The notes beneath the pieces are model-generated. The model had not been told where the DNA came from and made no database searches. It saw only the letters and a list, made by a program, of their open reading frames with translations. From Paraspadella gotoi (lineage: Eukaryota; Animalia; Chaetognatha), in the NCBI GenBank assembly GCA_051294375.1, contig CM119264.1, positions 16,935,139 to 16,999,138 of the forward strand: 64,000 bases of DNA. The letters run 5' to 3'. Shown here one piece after another: positions 12,565-27,265 of the stretch. Made by a program: the position numbers and the translations under genes. Each line of letters begins with the position of its first letter. The stretch's first letter is position 1.

Positions 12565-13590
12565 TATGAGCGTTTGAAAAAATAACAAAATATAACAAAA
12601 TGCAAGTGAGGTACATAGCTATTTTAAGTGTAATGTAGTCTGTAGAATTCGATGGTGATGACCATTTTTTTTGTATAATTTATCTTTCTTGTCGAAAATA
12701 AGGGTTTTTAATGTATATAAAATTATTAAAACCATAATAAGTTATGGTAAATCAAATTATTAAATTTTAATAAAAAATTTATATGAGCTTTTGAAATATA
12801 AATAAGATTTATAAAAATATTTTGGTAAATTTTATTTCTAAATTTTATGTTTTATAAAAAGTTAGTTAACTATATTTATTAATAATTATGGTGTAAAAAT
12901 TGGCTAAAGTTAAAAAATATAATTTCAAAAATTATTTTCAATGGATTTGCATTCTTTGCAAAAGTTGATTATAAAGAAAATATAATTTTTATAATCAAAA
13001 TTATGTCATTAAGTTTGGTCAAAATCTCAGGAAAAACTATATTTTAAGCGCAAAAAATTAAAAAATTAAACAAAAAAATAATAGTTGTTAATATTTAAAC
13101 CTATCTTAATGAAAGAAATTTTTTAAAAAATGGATTATATTTTCTTATATCAAACTTTTTGTAAGGAATTCAAATCTGGTTTTAAAATTTTAAAAAATTT
13201 TATTTTTTCAAAGCTTAGCTTATTTTTTATTATTATTCTATATAATAAATATAGCTAACAAACTATTCAATAAAAATAAAAATTTTGTAAATAAACTTAC
13301 CAAATATTTATAATGGGGTCTTTATTTTCAATATTATGTAAGGTTTAAAATAATGGCTTTTATAAAATCTTAATAATTTGAGTTTCTTTAATACTCTAAC
13401 ATGTTTTGCTCCATTTTAAAGTAAGCAACCTTAATATGCTAGCAAAAATCGCCAATTTCGAACAAAGAAGATAGACTATACAAAAAAAATGGTTATCAAT
13501 CAATCGAATTCTACAGACTTTATTACACTAAAATAGCTATGTACCTCACTTGATTTTGTTAATATTTCCGTTATTGTTTCAACAGCCCTA
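12565..13590. mobile_element. Non-autonomous cut-and-paste DNA transposon (~1.03 kb), hAT-like
   Basis: ~110-bp TIRs. Left: ...aacaaaat(g)caagtgaggtacatagctatttta(a)gtgtaat...gtctgtagaattcgat...accatttttttt. Right: the reverse complement, ending ...aacagcccta. It is flanked by ctatacga (12556-12563) and ctata(a)cga (13592-13600). The empty site has a single ctatacga at ~2272 and ~24966. The interior is AT-rich and non-coding. Confidence 0.85.
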
Positions 13591-14914
13591 CCTATAACGA
13601 TATATCACCTTACTTTCGCTTTTCTTCCGTCTTTTCTGCTCTTCGTCTGCTTCCTCGTCAATGCTATACCATTTTCCTAATCTCAACTTTCCTCCCTTTG
13701 TCAACTGCTTTCCCTCGACGCCCTGATACTTGGCTTGCCCTCCGTCCCTCCTTCTCCCTTTGCCTTTTACTTCTTCTTTTATTTCTCTTCCTTCTGCCCA
13801 AATGCGCGACTATATTAAAGGGCGTCCGAAAATAACCGAAAAACCAAGAGGATCGAGGAGGAAAGGGCGGTGGGGAGGGGGAGGGTTCGTGACGCGAAAG
13901 AAAATCTCGCACCCGATGTCAACTGCGAACGTTCGCTGCCGAACGCTGCTTTAGTTGCGGTGCCGACGCTACCAGTATCAGGCTAGTCGCCGGTCGCCAG
14001 CCGCCGAATAAAATGAGACACCAGTTTTGATGGTTGCAGGAGAGCTTGTTCAATGTTCAACTGTTCAAAGGTGTTCAATGTTCATGTGTCATTGTTCAAT
14101 TGTTCATTTAGTGCTTGACGTTAAAAGTCTCTTTATGACCGCAATTTCAATATAAGTCTTTATCGAATTACGAACGTTATTAGTCGAAAACGAAAAATAG
14201 CTACTTATCATACTAATTGCCTGTGCATTCGAAGCACTTTTCTGTGAGATTACATAAACAAGAAAAAAAAACGTTTAAAAATCCTAGTACACTTAATATG
14301 CAAATCGTTGTTGCCCTACTCTAGGGATAATGCAGTTGTCATATTTAGCAACGCACCGTCAGAGCGCTAATTTAATCGGTCATCTGAACGCCAATTTCCC
14401 CTTATCAACGCAAACTTGAGTTGACGTCAAAATCTTACTTCCGATTTGTTTTCTGAATGCTTGTACTTCCGAAGATTAACATCGCTTTAATCCGCAAAAA
14501 TATTCTCCGCGGAAAGCTACTTTGCACTGGAAGTAAGCAACTGTTTCGCGCTTAGATAACAGCTAATGTAGAGCTTAAAGGTTAAGAAATTAAAATTTAA
14601 TTAACTTTTTCCTTCTTGTTAAAATTTTATCAAGAAAATATTTTGAATGCGTTTAATGTTCAATACTTAAAAAGAATAAAGAAGAAAGTTACTTTTGTTT
14701 TAAATATTATATTTTTCATTATCAATGATTAAAATATAAAGAAAAAAAAAAGACGCCAAACAAATGAACTGAAAATAGACTCCCCATGGCGTAGACGACG
14801 TGTCGTTGCGCTTAGGACCTCGAGTCCGAGCGCAGATGTTTTCTCCCTCAGATGTTTTGGTTTAATCGAATGAATTTTCGAGACTCAAAGCCTGACATCG
14901 ACGTCCAGAACGAA

Positions 14915-14995
14915 AGGGGTTTATTTTCGGGCTGTGGTAGAGCGCGTCGGGTCAGGGTGCCGCAGGGGGTAGGGTCGAGTCCGCCGAGGTTGGGT
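14915..14995 (+). mobile_element. Degenerate tRNA-like Pol III head (possible old SINE); clearer copy at 26202-26280
   Basis: In the 26.2 kb copy, A-box-like gtggtagagcgc and B-box ggttcgagtcc occur at tRNA-like spacing. There is no complete cloverleaf. Confidence 0.3.
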
Positions 14996-15954
14996 AAGAT
15001 ATTAGTGAGGGTATTAAAGAAGGGTGGCTTTGGATGAGTGCGTGAACGGAAAGTGGGGAGAGGCTTTTCTTAGGAGGGAAGTGATTCGAATGGAACATTA
15101 ATTTAGAGAAAGTCGGAGTGAAGGTACAGGAAGTTTGTTTGTTGTTGAAACGGGGGAGGTCACTCCAGACGCGGAGTTTGGAAAGAAAGGAAGTTAAAGT
15201 AGGGTGAAAGGAAGTCGAGAGCGGAAGTTCCACACACAAAGAAAAAACCACATTGTCATTCAAACGCGGGAACGAATATTAAAATAGGTTGTCGCGTAAA
15301 TTAGGTATCTAGGTAAAACTGCGCAATTTGATAGAGGGAAAATTTAAGAGCAAACTTTCCTGAGGGCCAGGGCGTTTAAAGTGTTTATACTTTGAATACG
15401 ATTTAATGTAGCATCTAAATCTTGTTTGTAAAACTTTCAATAGTTAGATGCAGCGCGCTTCGGCAAGCGGAGCGAGAAAAGAGCGCCCGGCCGGTGATGG
15501 AGCCCTCGGGCATTTTTTTTTATCTCTCTGCCTTTTCTGTAATCTAAGATTCTAGAGTGTAGCACTGAGCTCTGTGTATATAGGAAATTTATAAGCGGAA
15601 AAATTGGTGACGGAAAGGTTCTTCACTTACCTTTTCTGAATTAATTATATTATTTTGTTGAAGTATAATACTAATACGTATTTTTAAAGAGGCGGTATTT
15701 TTAACTTATGTTTATATCATTTCCAATTTTGAAAATTTACAGACAAAAACAGTTGAAAAAGAAAGAAATAAGTTTAATTGTGAGGGGGTTGAAGGCTCTG
15801 TGAAGTTAAAGGTGATCAACGAGGTGAACATGGAAGCGAGAACACAATTTACAGAACGCTCGGGAGTCGGGATGAGAATTTTTTTTTTTTTTTGAAAATT
15901 CCGTCCTTGAATTTTAATCCTTCGTCAAATTCGATGAGAGGGAACGAGCGAAGC

Positions 15955-16039
<85 letters not shown>

Positions 16040-16163
16040 GAGATAGGTGAGGGGAAAAAGACGAGAAAGCCAGGATATGGACGAGAAATGGAAGGTAGAA
16101 GGAGGGTAAGAGAGAAAAGAGAGAGAGAGACTGAGAAGAGAGAGAGAGGAGAGAGAGAGAAGA

Positions 16164-16194
<31 letters not shown>

Positions 16195-16529
16195 GAAGAA
16201 GGATTGAAAAAGTAGTAGGGTGAAAGGTAAACGGGAAAGCATGGAGGTTTGAGAAGAGAAAAAGACACTTAAGGAAAACTTAAAATTCTGAAGAGGGAAA
16301 AACTAAGTAAATTCAATTTTTATTCGCATCGAATAAGTGAAATATCAGGTTATGTTAATATCCAGAGTAACAATTTTATTTTTAGCGATCGAGGTTGAGA
16401 ATTAATACTGTTTTTGACGAATCATTTTTCGAGTTGTTTTTGAGGAAAGAGAAACGCGAAAATTTATTATCGGAAAAATAAGATGAGATTAAACAGAGAG
16501 AGGGAGCCTAGAAGAGAGAGAGATAGAGA

Positions 16530-16601
<72 letters not shown>

Positions 16602-19260
16602 TAGAGTGAGAGAGAGAGAGAGAGAGAAGAGAGAGAAAAAGAGAGAGAGAGAGAGAGGAAGAGAGAGAGAGAGAGAGAGGAGAGAAGAAGAAGAGAGAAA
16701 GAGAGATATTTTTTTCAAAATGATTACAAAAGAAGAAAGAAAGATGCCGAATGAAAATTCCAAAAGAAGGGGGGAAGATGGGTAAAATGTAAATTAAAAA
16801 AGGGGAGTGGAAAGAAGGCAAAATGAAAATTAGATTTCGGCGTAGGAGGAACGCGAAAGAAAGAAGGAAGGCTTCATTTTCGTGGCGTGGGCAAGATGGC
16901 GCCGCCCGAGCGAAGCCATGGCGCCCGGTCGATTCCATCCACTTCGCGGTGACGAATCCCGAAGAAAAAAAATAGAGAAGAGGGAATGAAATGAGATTCC
17001 GTTGATATATCGGCGACGAAAGTGAAGGCGGAGGGGAATGAGACGAGAGAAGATAGAGGATAGATAAGAAAGAGAAAAGTCAGGAGAGGCAAAGAGAAAC
17101 AAAGATAGGAAAAGGAAAACAGAAAGAAAGGTGAAAACTACCGAGGAGTCAATGAGGAGAGCAGGAAATAATTTAGAATAAAAAAAGAAGAATTTAAAGA
17201 AAGAAATGCTGAGAAGCTCAAGGTGGAAGTGACTGAGGCCTCAACGTTGAATGTAGAATTTCTCGTAAAAACATAACTCTTTTATTCTTGACGAGGAAAT
17301 GTGAATCGTGGATTCCGAACGCAAGACGAAGCAACGACACGATTTCGTCAAAAAAAAGTCAAAACTTCGGTCGCACAGCAAAATTTTTGAAAAAAAATTG
17401 TTCTTCAGATGAATCTTTGGCTCCGTTTTTAGTTGGAATGCGATTTTGGTCGAAGAAGGAATTTTAAAAAAAAATGGCGAGGAAAGGAAATAAGAGGAGA
17501 AAATAAAAGAAGTGAATAAAAGGAAAATAAAAAAAGGGAGGAGTAAAAAGGACAAAAACAAAGAAGCGAAGCAGAGAATCGTAAAGAAAAAAGAACGAAA
17601 AAAAAAACATGGAAAAGTTAAAAAAAAAAGGCAGACTGACGTGATAAGTAAAAGTTAAGAAAACATAATAAACTATAAAACTTTTGAAAGAAAGAAATTA
17701 CAAGTTTAAGGGACAGAAAGGGAGGAAATAGGAAAGCTAAAGAATTAACATAAAAGAAAAAAAACGCTAAAAGGCAAAAAACTAAGAAGAGGAAAAGGGG
17801 GAGGGGCGAACGACAAACGCCGATGAAAAATCGCGACAGAACGCTTCGCGCTACAAACGAAAAGTTCAAGCTGTCGTTTCGCTCTCTCTCTCCTCTGTCT
17901 CTCTCTCTCATCTCGAAACCCAGTTTCGTCTCGAGTCGCACGCGGGGGCGCTTAATGATTTTTTTGCCCTCTCATTTTCCAAAAAAAAAAAAAGAAAAAA
18001 GAAAAAAGAAAAGAAAACTCTCCCCTCCCTCGTTTTCTCTTTGCTTAATTCCAACAGGGTTCTCGCGGATTGGGGTAATGAATGTGAATAAATTTTGGTG
18101 GCAGAAAACAGGATTAGAATTGGAAAATGTTCCTTTAAGTTCGTCATTTTGCATCGACTAAAAAGGAAAAGGTTCCAATCGACGCCGCCGGCCGGAGGCT
18201 AGTTTACTGGACGCCGCAAATTAGCGGCGGCCGGCGGCGGCGGGTACGGCGCCGCGGCGGTAGTGGGCAGAGGGCGAGTGGTGAGGATTGACTATCGAAC
18301 GGTGGTAATAAAGAGTAAAGTGATAAAGAAGTTTTCGTTAAACCAGTTAAACCAGGTAAATGTTTTGAAAGCGGAATGTCCGTTGCGGTCGCGGGTAATT
18401 CCGGTAATCATCCTACGTTTTCAAGTCGTGGGGCGACGAAAGAATTATTATGCGTGAAAGTTTTATTCCGCCGATTTTTTTTTAAAAACTTAAACATTAT
18501 GGTAGCAACTAGCAACGCCTCGCTATTGTAAAAATGTTGTGCGGTCGCGAGTGATTCGATTACCTTTTGGTTTAAATTGATTTCAGTTTAATAAATGAAT
18601 TAATTTTTTTAAGTTTGTCTCGATTGTTTTTTTTGGGCAGCCAAGGAAGGCAATGAAGGAGGAAAAAAGTTTTGAAGTTTTTTCCCCCAAAGATCGTCCA
18701 AAAGGTTTTTCGGATGACGAGAAGGATGCGGCTAAGTCGGAGAGTAATTTAACCGGATGTTTTATTGGCGAGAAATTCTTTTTTGACAGGAAAACGAAGG
18801 AAAAGAAAATGAAGAAAAAGGAAAAAAAAAGAAAAGGAAAAAGGAGAGAAAAATAAAGAAAAAAGAGGAAAAGAAACCGAAAGAAAAGAGGGAAAACTAA
18901 AAGATAAAAACACGGAGAGGACGAAGAATTCGAAAGCTGAAAGAGAGCGAGAGAAAGATGCCAGAAGGGAAGACAGTAGATAAAATAATAAGAGTCGACA
19001 AAGATAAGAAACAGTGGTAAACAGTAGTACAGAAAAAGGACAGAGGGGACAGAAAAAAACCGTATTTGCTCAAAATTAAGAGTCGAGACAGGAGACAGGA
19101 GACGAAGAGGAGTGGCAATGGGGGGCGGGAGAGTGGAAGGGGAAAAGAGGTTAAGAGGAATAGGGGAAGTGGGAAGAAGGCAAGAGATAAAAAATCTCTA
19201 CGAAAATAATGGTGCAATATTTGTATTCCTGGTAAAATAGGGAAAAAGGAGAAAAAAGAA

Positions 19261-19329
<69 letters not shown>

Positions 19330-22300
19330 AGAGAGTGAGAGGAGAGAGAGAGAGAGAGAAAAGAGAGAGAGAGAGAGAGAGAGAGACTCAATGACATTGG
19401 AAACTTGAATCCTCGTCCGGTCGCACGAAGTTCTCAAGGCGGCGGTTTTTGATTTCGCTTAAAAACAACATGTCGCCCGCCTGCTGGCGCACTATGCACC
19501 AAATTCTGTATGCAGGCGATCCGTTGTACTGCGATTTTCTTAATGCAGCGGCTCTAGCTGCACTAAGTTCTGTCCATGCGGCGCTCCCATTGCACAAATC
19601 TCATTCAATATTCATGCAAGCGTCGCAAAGTGATGATCAATCTTGCTTTGTGCGAGCTTTCCTCTTCCTGTAGATCGATATCCACACTCCATTACACCGT
19701 TCGTACGTTTCCCAGGCTGCAGCTGCAAGCACAGGAACCTCCAGAACGCGTAAATTCTCTATTAACCTTTTTGACCACCAAGTTTGACTGTTCAAATTAA
19801 TATGAAAACTTTCTTAAGAAAAGCTCCCCTACTTTTACTACTCCTCTACTTCGATCATTCCGCTAATATGTACTACCTGTCATTTACTCAATATTTCTCC
19901 CTGCTTCCATACTCTATGGATCCAAAGTCCCAGTTACTCTTAGTCACTAATAAAGCAACTTGTTTACTTCTTTACCTTCTTTCTTGTAGCTTCTCTTATT
20001 CGCCCTACGTCTTGTGACTACTTTATAGCTCTTCTATACATTTCTCCCCCGATATGTTTTATACTCTGATCCTCTTTCTCTTAACTTTTTCTTAATCTTC
20101 CCTTTCTCTCCCCTCCTCGCTGTCTCTGTACTCTCTCTCTCCAATATGTATTCCTGAGTTTTTTTTCTTAATTCATTCTTTATATTTGGTTTTATCTCTA
20201 ACCTTTTTTTTTTTTTGGGGGGGGGGGTAGGGGGTTGAGGGGTTTTGTCGTTCCTTTTTAATTTTACTTATATTATTCTATTAGAAGTCGTGTAAACATT
20301 TTTTGTGGGCAGTATACTGAATCAAATTCCCATTATACTATTATACTATTATTCCATTGTTCAGTATATTAAATTTAACAAAATAAAGAAGACAAAGGAG
20401 AATTAATTTTCAATTAACTGTCAAACGGAATCGCTTTCAATTTTGCAGCGTAATTTTACTTATGTTTCCTATTGCCTGTATTATTATCTTTTTATGACTT
20501 TAACTCTTTAAGCGATTCACTTCCCATCTTTTAATTCCTCATTTTTTCCGCCTTTACTAACATTTCCCTCTTTTCCTCTCCCTCTTCCTTCTTACTCTCT
20601 TTCTTTCTCTCTCTCATCCTTCTCTCTCTCCCACTCTTCCCTTCGTCGTGTAGTCGTGCCGTCGTCAATCGTCAATCGTCGTCGTCGTTGTCGGTGGCGT
20701 CCTCTCCGTCAAGCTTTCATCATTGTTTTTTTTACCTCCGAAACCTAATAATCATCATTTTTATTAGTTGAATTATATCTGCCAAGATCATCCGTCCTTT
20801 CGCTCCTTCTGCTTCTTTTCCCTCCCCATCCCTTCCCCTCATTGTTCCTCTCGTTTCTTTCGTCTTCCTCTCTGTTCCCTTACCTCCTCTCTCATGGCCC
20901 GCTCTTCTTATCACTTTCCTCTAATTCGCCGCACCATTTGTGTTGATCTCGTGCTCTGTTCGGTTTCGTCACGAGATGGCGCCACCTCCGTTTCGCTGTG
21001 CAACTCCCTGACACGTGAGGGCGCCCTTATTTGCAGCTCTCGCCGGATCCCGTCGCCATTTTCCAGGTTTTCGTCGTCCTGTCGTGTCGTCGGTCGACGT
21101 CTCGATTTCCTCATTCGCTGTCGGTCTTTCTTCAGCCGTCAATAAGGCAAATAATGTTTCCGGTTGTTCGGCTTCGTTGACTTGCTAAATCCGTATCTCA
21201 GAGCTACTGGAAGCAAAAAGACGTCGGAAAAAAATAAGGCAGGCGTTTCATAGTCGCGTCAGCAACGTAGGACAAGTAGAAAACCAATATCAACTTAAAC
21301 GTAAAACTGGTGAATCGTTACACTTGTACTTGTAACTTCTGAACTTTTGTGTTGCCCTCGTTGCATATGCATTTCCTAAAATATGTACAGAAATCTAAGG
21401 CATACTTCGACGATCAACTGAACTACTAAAAAAGAAGAACTAAAGATATAATTATTTACACTAGTTTATAGATGCAGTTGATATCTAGGTAGATGCATTA
21501 CCATTAAACGAAAGCTCCTTTTCTTCTTATACCAAGTTGAAGTTGATGAAAAGTCGGCCGAACCCATCAGCGTCAATCCTTATGTAGCCCGAGCCCCTAT
21601 TGCCCGATGCCCCGATCAAGGAGCCCAAGCCGAATCCTAGCCATAAGCCCAAGCCCGAGCCACCTAGTCATAGTACTATCCCAAGCTCCGATTTATCGCA
21701 GAGACTGAGACAAGCACAACTCACGCCGGAATGCAAATCATCAAGTCGCCGGACTCCGATCGCGCCTGCAACATTTCTGGAGGGAGACGCCGGGGATGTG
21801 GGAGTCGGGGGACATTGGGCTTGAGGGGATGAGTTGATTGGGCTTAGGGGGGAACGAGGAGATTGGGTGGGCGGTTGGCCTCGGCGTTCGACGTCTGGCA
21901 TCCTTTGTTTGCCGACCGCTTCGACAATTCACCAGTTTATGCAAATTGAGGGCAAAATTGGTGGCGGAGGCGGGCGCTGATGAAAAAATCGATGAGATTG
22001 AGAGAGAATCGAATCAAAAATTACATTAGCGGTTCGATTCACTTGCGTAAACGCATAAATCGAAAAGTCAAGAGATTTTTCAACGAGCAAGTCGAGAGAT
22101 TTGTGGTTTCTTCGTTCAATATTTTTTTAAATTTTGGTTTTAGGTACTTATAATCTCACTTTGCGGTGTTAACAATTATATACAATAAAATAAATTTAAT
22201 AATTTAAGTCACATCGGCACAAACTTAAAATTGTAAGTTCGTAAGTTGCAACGAATGGCAAGGATAAATTTTCGACGCTCTCACACTGATTGGCACTTCC

Positions 22301-23228
22301 ATGCTAATCGTTCTCTCTTCAGGCGGGATTTGGTCAAATCAATCTAATTTCCCCCCCACAACATCGCCTCTCTTCTCTCTCTCTCCTCTCTCCCTCAGTC
22401 TCGACTCTCTCTCTCCGTTCTGATTCTCTCTCTCTCTCTTCTTCTCTCTCTCTCTCTCTCTCTCATCTCCTCTGCTCTCTCGTCTCTTCTCTCAACACGA
22501 AAAAGCTACGTATAACGATTTTCAATAGGTTCTAATGCCGACTGGACATAACTTTCTTATTTAAAAGATTTTTTTCGCCAAAGATTTAAAGAAAACAGCG
22601 AAAGGGAGGAGGAGGAAGAGCTAAAAAGTGGGGAGGGGAAAAGTGATAGGAGAGAAAGAGAGGAGAGAAAGGAAATGAAAAAGAGAGGGAAGGGGTGAAA
22701 AAAAGAACAGAGGCGAGAGAATGAACTAGAAAGATATAGACATAATCTATTTTTTAAACTTAAAAAGTAAATAATGTAAAACTTTCTTTGCACATGCTTT
22801 TTTAAAATTAACAATTAATTTATAGAGTGCATTTTTTTTTACTTTTTTTTCCCGGTAGCCGTAGGTTTAAAAATTTTGTTTTGAAAATTTTTTTCATCTT
22901 TAAATAATTTATTAAATTATCTTTTCAACGGTTTATTTATTTCCTAATGACAGACTTAAAAAAAAAAAAAAAAAATCTATTCTTGTCATAAAACGACTTT
23001 CGAAAAAAAGATAAAATGTGGAAAAGGTTTTAACCTTATGCTGCTGCTGTCACGGCGGCGCTGCGGCGGCAAGCTGTAACGGCCCAGCGCCGTCTTAACT
23101 GAAGATTTTCGGGTCAACGACAATTCGGTTTTCAAGATGATGGAATCATGATCCAATATTGAAAGCCTCGGTGGTGACGAAGGCGAAACGAAAAAGAAGG
23201 AAAGATTGAAGCTTACCTAATCTCTCTC

Positions 23229-23260
<32 letters not shown>

Positions 23261-23672
23261 TTATGCATGGGACATTTACACGGTCGGCGATGAACAAATT
23301 ATCTCATTAATAATTTTATTTGACGTCGGGAATTAGTTAATTCGTTCACGAATCAGAAATTTTAAAAACACGTGCGGGGACACGCACCCAAGAAAACGCA
23401 CACATGAAGTATGGCAAAGAAAAGATATGCTCGTTGCACGCAGAGAGACACACAGACACACAAGCTTGGATTGGTGAATTTTTCTGACTTCGGGGAAAAA
23501 ATGGCGGAAGTTGAGTAAATCTTCATCATAGACAAGAGTCGAAGTTGATTGGGGGAAAGTTATCCGCGGCGAGCCGCCGGCGGGCAGCTAGGAGCCCATC
23601 TAGACTACAGCACAATGAGATTTATTTTATCGCCGTTTAAGCAGAGAGAGAGAGAATGAGAGAGAAAAAAAG

Positions 23673-23751
<79 letters not shown>

Positions 23752-26201
23752 GAGAAGAGAAGAAGGAGCTCCAAGGGACTGGTAAGTTGGTTATGATGTA
23801 AAAATATAGTGGATTTGTGGATAGAATGAGCGAGATACAGAGAACGAAAGGACATAAAATCGAAGGAAATTGAGTTAAGGAGGGACGGGGAGACGAGAAA
23901 CTAAGACCCAGAAGAGAAAGATGGAGTTGAAAAAAGTAAGAGAGAGAAAAGGAGATGGAAGGGTAAATAAAATGAAAAAAGCTCATCGGCGTGGATGGAA
24001 ACGCGTTGAAAAAAAAAAGTAGAAAAGAAAATTGGAAGAAGGGAAAGTTGTTCCTTTGTTTGTGTTCGCCCTGGGGGAATCAAGGGGGCGGGAAGACGAG
24101 GAGAGAAGGAGGGGAAGGCATGGGAGAAGAGGGACGAGGGACGAAAACAGACGGGGGAAAGTAGAAAACAGGAAGAGAGATTGGTGGGGAATAAGTAGAA
24201 AGAGGAAAGAAGGAAGATGGGAGACGATTGAATCGAGAATAAGGAAGGATAAGGGAAATGAGTGGGGAATCGGGCTTCGGGGTTTAGTTGGGACTCAGGC
24301 CTCGGTGGGGGGGAAACAAAAAAACGGAAAGGGCTTTGGGGTATAAGCAGAAAGGTAAAGGAAAAAATTTGGACTTGGGAGACAAAACCCAAAAAAGATA
24401 TGAGAATCCCCTTGACGGATGAGCCGACTCGTGGCCATGGGGTAAAAGGGTGAGGCCAGGATCGAAGGGTGAGGAGAGGCCCTGGAAATTTGATTCGCCC
24501 GGAGGGACAACAAAAGAGACCATTGGACTAATAGGTTGAGAAAAAAAAAAGGAGGCCGAGGAATAAGAATGGAAAAGCCGTATGCGTCTACGTCGTTGTC
24601 GTCTACGGAGTCTTTCTCGTAGTCGTCGTAGTCGTCGGCATCGTCGTCGTCAATTTTTGCTCCATAGCGACTTTCCTTGTCTTTGTTACCGCCGTCGTTT
24701 CCATGGTTTCCGCCGTCATCTTTTCCGCCGCAAGAATCCATTTTGCGTTGAAATCTTCAGAAGCGGATGTCTTCGTTGTCTGTTTGTCGTTGTTGTCGTC
24801 GTTCACGTAATCTTCGCTGTCGTCGTCGTTGTTGACTTCATTTCCTTTCTTAAAAAGTAGCGATTTATTTTCTCTCTCTAAATCTTTTTCTTTGGTACTC
24901 TTGACTCCTGACGATTGAACAAACGCTTGACTCTTCAGCTCCACGTATCACCTTCCTATACATAACTATACGATATATCACCTTACTTTCGCTTTTCTTC
25001 CGTCTTTTCTCTCTTCGTCTGCCTTCCCTCTCAATCTATACCATTTTCTAATCTCAACTTTCCTCCCTTTGTCAACTCTTTTCCCTCGACCCTGATACTT
25101 GGCTGCCTCCCGTCCCTCCTTCTCCTTTGCCTTTTACTTCTTCTTTTATTTCTCTCCTTCTGGCCAAATGCGCGACTATATTAAAGGGCGTCCGAAAATA
25201 ACCGAAAACAAGAGGATCGAGGGAGGAAGGGCGGTGGGGAGGGGGAGGGTTCGGTGACCGAAGAAAATCTCGCACCCGATGTCAACTGCCGACGTCGCTG
25301 CCGACGCTGCTTTAGTTGCGGGTGCCGACGCTACCAGTATCAGCGCTATGTCGCCGTCGCCACCGCCGAATAAAACGACACCAGTTTTGATGTTCGGAGA
25401 GCTTGTTCAATGTTCAATGTTCAATGTTCATTGTTCAATTGTTCATTTATGCTTGACGTTAAAGGTTCTTTATGACGCAATTTCATATAGTCTTCGAATT
25501 ACGAACGTATTGTCGAAAACGAAAAATACTACTTATCTACTAATCCTGTGCATTCGAGCACTTTCTGTGAGAACTTACTAAACAGAAAAAAACGTTTAAA
25601 AAAATCCTAGTACACTTTAATATGCAAATCGTTGTTAGCTCCTCTAGGGATATGCGTTGTCATATTTAGCAACGCACCGTCAGTGCCTAATATAATCGGT
25701 CATTGAACCCAATTCCCTTATCACCAAACTTGAGTTGACGTCAAAATCTTACTTCCGATTTTTTCTAATCTTTACTTCCGAAGATTAACATCGCTTTATC
25801 CGCAAATATTCTCCCGCGGAAAGCTACTTTTCACTGTGAAGTAAGCAACTGTTTCCGCTTAGATAACAGCTATGTAGAGCTTAAGTTAAGAAATTAAAAT
25901 TTATTACTTTTTCCTTCTTAAATTTTATCAAGAAAATATTTTGAATGCGTTTCTTTCAAATTAATTAAAAAGATAAAGAAGAAAGTTACTTTTGTTAAAA
26001 TATTATTATATTTTCATTATCATAGATTAAATTATAAAGAAAAAAAAAACAACAAATGACTGAAATAGACTCCCCTGGGCGAATCAGAAACGACGTTCGT
26101 TGCGCTTAGACCTCGAGTCGAGCGCAGATGTTTTCTCTCAGATGTTTTGTTTATCGAATGAATTTCTCGAGACTCAAGCTGACAATCGACGCAGAAACGA
26201 A

Positions 26202-26280
26202 AGGGGTTTATTTCGGCTGTGGTAGAGCGCGTCGGGTCAGGGTTGGCCGCGCGGTAGGGTTCGAGTCCGCCGAGGTTGGG
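26202..26280 (+). mobile_element. Degenerate tRNA-derived head (A and B boxes)
   Basis: gtggtagagcgc at ~26219-26230 and ggttcgagtcc at ~26258-26268. Confidence 0.33.
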
Positions 26281-27183
26281 TAAGATATTAGTGAGGGATT
26301 AAAGAAGGTGGCTTTGGATGAGTGCGTGAACGGAAAGTGGGAGAGCTTTTCTTAGGAGGGAAGTGATTGGAAATGGAACATTAATTTGAGAGTCGGAGGT
26401 GAGGTACAAGTTGACGAGGTCACTCCAACGCGAGTTGGAAAGAAGGGAAGTAAAGTAGGTGAAGGAAGTCGACGTAAGTTCCGCACAAAAAAAAAACCAC
26501 ATTTCATTCAAACCGAACGAATATTAAAATAGTTGTCGCGTAATTAGGTATCTAGGTAAAACTGCGCAATTAATAGAGAAAATTTCAAGAGCAACTTTCT
26601 GAGCCAGGCTGTTTAAAGTGTTTATACTTGAATACGATTTATGTAGCATCTAATCTTGTTTGTAAAACTTTCATAGTTAGATGCAGCGCCTTCGGCAGCG
26701 GAGCGAGAAAGAGCGCCGGCCGGTGATGGAGCCCTCGGGCGTTTTTTTTTATCTCTCTGCTTTTCTGTATCTAGATTCTAGAGTTTACACTGAGCTCTGT
26801 GTATATAGGAAAATTTATAACGGAAAAAAATGGTGACGAAAGGTTCTTTCACTTACCTTTTCTGAATTAATTTATTATTTTGTTAGTATATACTAATACG
26901 TATTTTTAGCGTATTTTAACTTATTTTTTGTATCATTCAATTTTGAAATTTACAGACAAAACGTTGAAAAAGAAAGAAAATAAGTTTAATTGTGAGGGGT
27001 TGAAGCTCTGTGAAGTTAAAGGTGATCACGAAGGTGAACATGAAGCGAGAACACAAATTTACAGACGCTCGGGAGTCGGGATGAATTTTTTTTTTTTTTT
27101 TTTGAAAAATTTTCCCGATGACTGTGAATTTTAATCCTTCGTCAAATTCGATGAGAGGGAACGAGCAGAGCCGAGAGAGAGAA

Positions 27184-27227
<44 letters not shown>

Positions 27228-27229
27228 GA

Positions 27230-27265
<36 letters not shown>

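Larger units (their letters stand above)
10730..23221. repeat. ~12 kb block, first copy of tandem duplication with 23229-34130
   Basis: Colinear throughout. It ends at ggaaagattga(a)gct(t)acctaa (23221, versus ~34130) and restarts in a GA tract. This copy carries many extra single-base insertions. Confidence 0.9.

Noticed and set aside
20311-20370. gtatactgaat...ttcagtata resembling mir-iab-4
   Set aside because: Only an 11-nt match, absent from the duplicate at ~31590, and no proper precursor hairpin.
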